A DNA stretch of 64,000 bases from Mobula hypostoma (Eukaryota): the NCBI RefSeq assembly GCF_963921235.1, contig NC_086097.1, positions 177,942,001 to 178,006,000 on the forward strand, read 5' to 3'. A program made the position numbers and the translations under genes. Below are positions 62,581 through 64,000 of the stretch, piece after piece. The notes under the pieces were generated by a model. It was not told the DNA's origin and searched no databases. It was given only the letters and a program-made list of their open reading frames with translations. Each line of letters starts with the position of its first letter. The first letter of the stretch is position 1.

Positions 62581-63242
62581 TTTTAAAAACATACTTCCTG
62601 TGCATTTGGTTAAAGGTGTTGACTGCTGAACTGATCATAGTCTTTCCCAGAGACCATGTCCGCATCGCCTTTGGACCTTGTGGGTCACCAGTGAAAAATT
62701 GATTGTTCTAGTGGAAGAGGTTTGATTTTTAATTGATTTGACATAACCTAAGGTAACCTTTCCTCAAATTAATTCTGAAAAGCTTTTTATTCAATTGGTA
62801 AATTGGTTTATTGTCCCATGTACTGAAGTAGAGTGGAAGAACTTGACCTGTGTACCATTCATCCAGATCAATTCATTACAACCGTGCATTGAGGTAGTAC
62901 AAGGGAAAAAAATAACAATACAAAATGAAGTATTATAGAGAAAGTGTGGTACATATAGACAATGCAAAGTCATAATATGGTAGATCATGAGGCCAGCAGT
63001 TGATACGCGATGCTTAATTCCATCCCAAATTATGTAGAGATACCGGGGACCTTGTGTTTACATCTGTTTTGGTGATGCTTGATTATGCTGTGCCCAGAAG
63101 GGAATCAGATGGAGTGACAATCATCTTAACAATGGCCTCATCCAGGTCTCGGAGTTGAATGTTCAGGGCTAGTGTTGCCTTTGCTCTGCAGCTAGTGGTT
63201 TCTGATTTATTAAATTTTAGCTGTTGAAAAGAAATTTTAGAA

Positions 63243-64000
63243 CAACATATTATTCTCCGTAACTTCCGCCACCTCCAACGGGATCCCACCACTAAGCACA
63301 TCTTTCCCTCCCCACCCCCGCATTCCGCAGGGATCGCTCCCTACACAACTCCCTTGTCCATTCGTCCCCCCCATCCCTCCCCACTGATCTCCCTCCTGGC
63401 ACTTATCCTTGTAAGCGGAACAAGTGCTACACATGCCCTTACACTTCCTCCCTTACCACCATTCAGGGCCCCAGACAGTCCTTCCAGGTGAGGCATCACT
63501 TCACCTGTGAGTCGACTGGGGTGATACTGCGTCTGGTGCTCCCGCTGTGGCCTTCTATATATTGGCGAGACCCGACGCAGACTGGGAGACCGCTTTGCTG
63601 AACATCTACGCTCTGTCCGCCAGAGAAAGCAGGATCTCCCAGTGGCCACACATTTTAATTCCACATCCCATTCCCATTCTGACATGTCTATCCATGGCCT
63701 CCTCTACTGTAAAGATGAAGCCACACTCAGGTTGGAGGAACAACACCTTATATTCCGTCTGGGTAGCCTCCAACCTGATGGCATGAACATCGACTTCTCT
63801 AACTTCCGCTAAGGCCCCACCGCCCCCTCGTACCCCATCTGTTACTCATTTTTATGCACACATTCTTTCTCTCACTCTCCTTTTTCTCCCTCTGTCCCTC
63901 TGAATATACCCCTTGCCCATCCTCTGGGTCCCCCCCCTTGTCTTTCTTCCCGGGCCTCCTGTCCCATGATCCTCTCGTATCCCCTTTTGCCTATCAACTG
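63243..64000 (+). mobile_element. Penelope-like element 3' part, runs off the window end
   Basis: Near-identical to ~45129-45900 (Zn-knuckle, GIY-YIG, CT-rich tail). Confidence 0.9.

Overview
Repeat-dense vertebrate genomic DNA, most likely from a cartilaginous fish (shark/ray); this is inferred from the mix of V-SINE/HE1-like SINEs, CR1, Rex-Babar and Penelope repeats. The only host gene I can support is KCTD1 (+ strand). Its four coding exons (41560-41723, 47722-47866, 58087-58392, 62364-62522) have canonical GT-AG junctions and splice in frame to a 257-aa BTB/POZ protein. Everything upstream is probably a large 5' intron. The rest is mostly transposon debris: many CR1 and Rex-Babar LINE fragments, a young 2.3-kb CR1 ORF2 nested in a decayed Gypsy element, a CR1 ORF1, a deleted Tc1 (DD34E), hAT-type MITEs and V-SINEs. 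Highlights: (1) young Penelope-like elements and many short non-autonomous derivatives carry a minimal type I hammerhead ribozyme motif, with two intact copies in sense orientation flanking a KCTD1 coding exon; (2) a ~1.5-kb inverted duplication 15.6 kb apart has a near-identical core and diverged edges; (3) an in-frame SGNH-esterase/GIY-YIG chimeric ORF; (4) a fold-back MITE; (5) a hAT MITE found twice at the same site of the CR1 3' tail. Family assignments come from motif recognition by eye, not from database searches.
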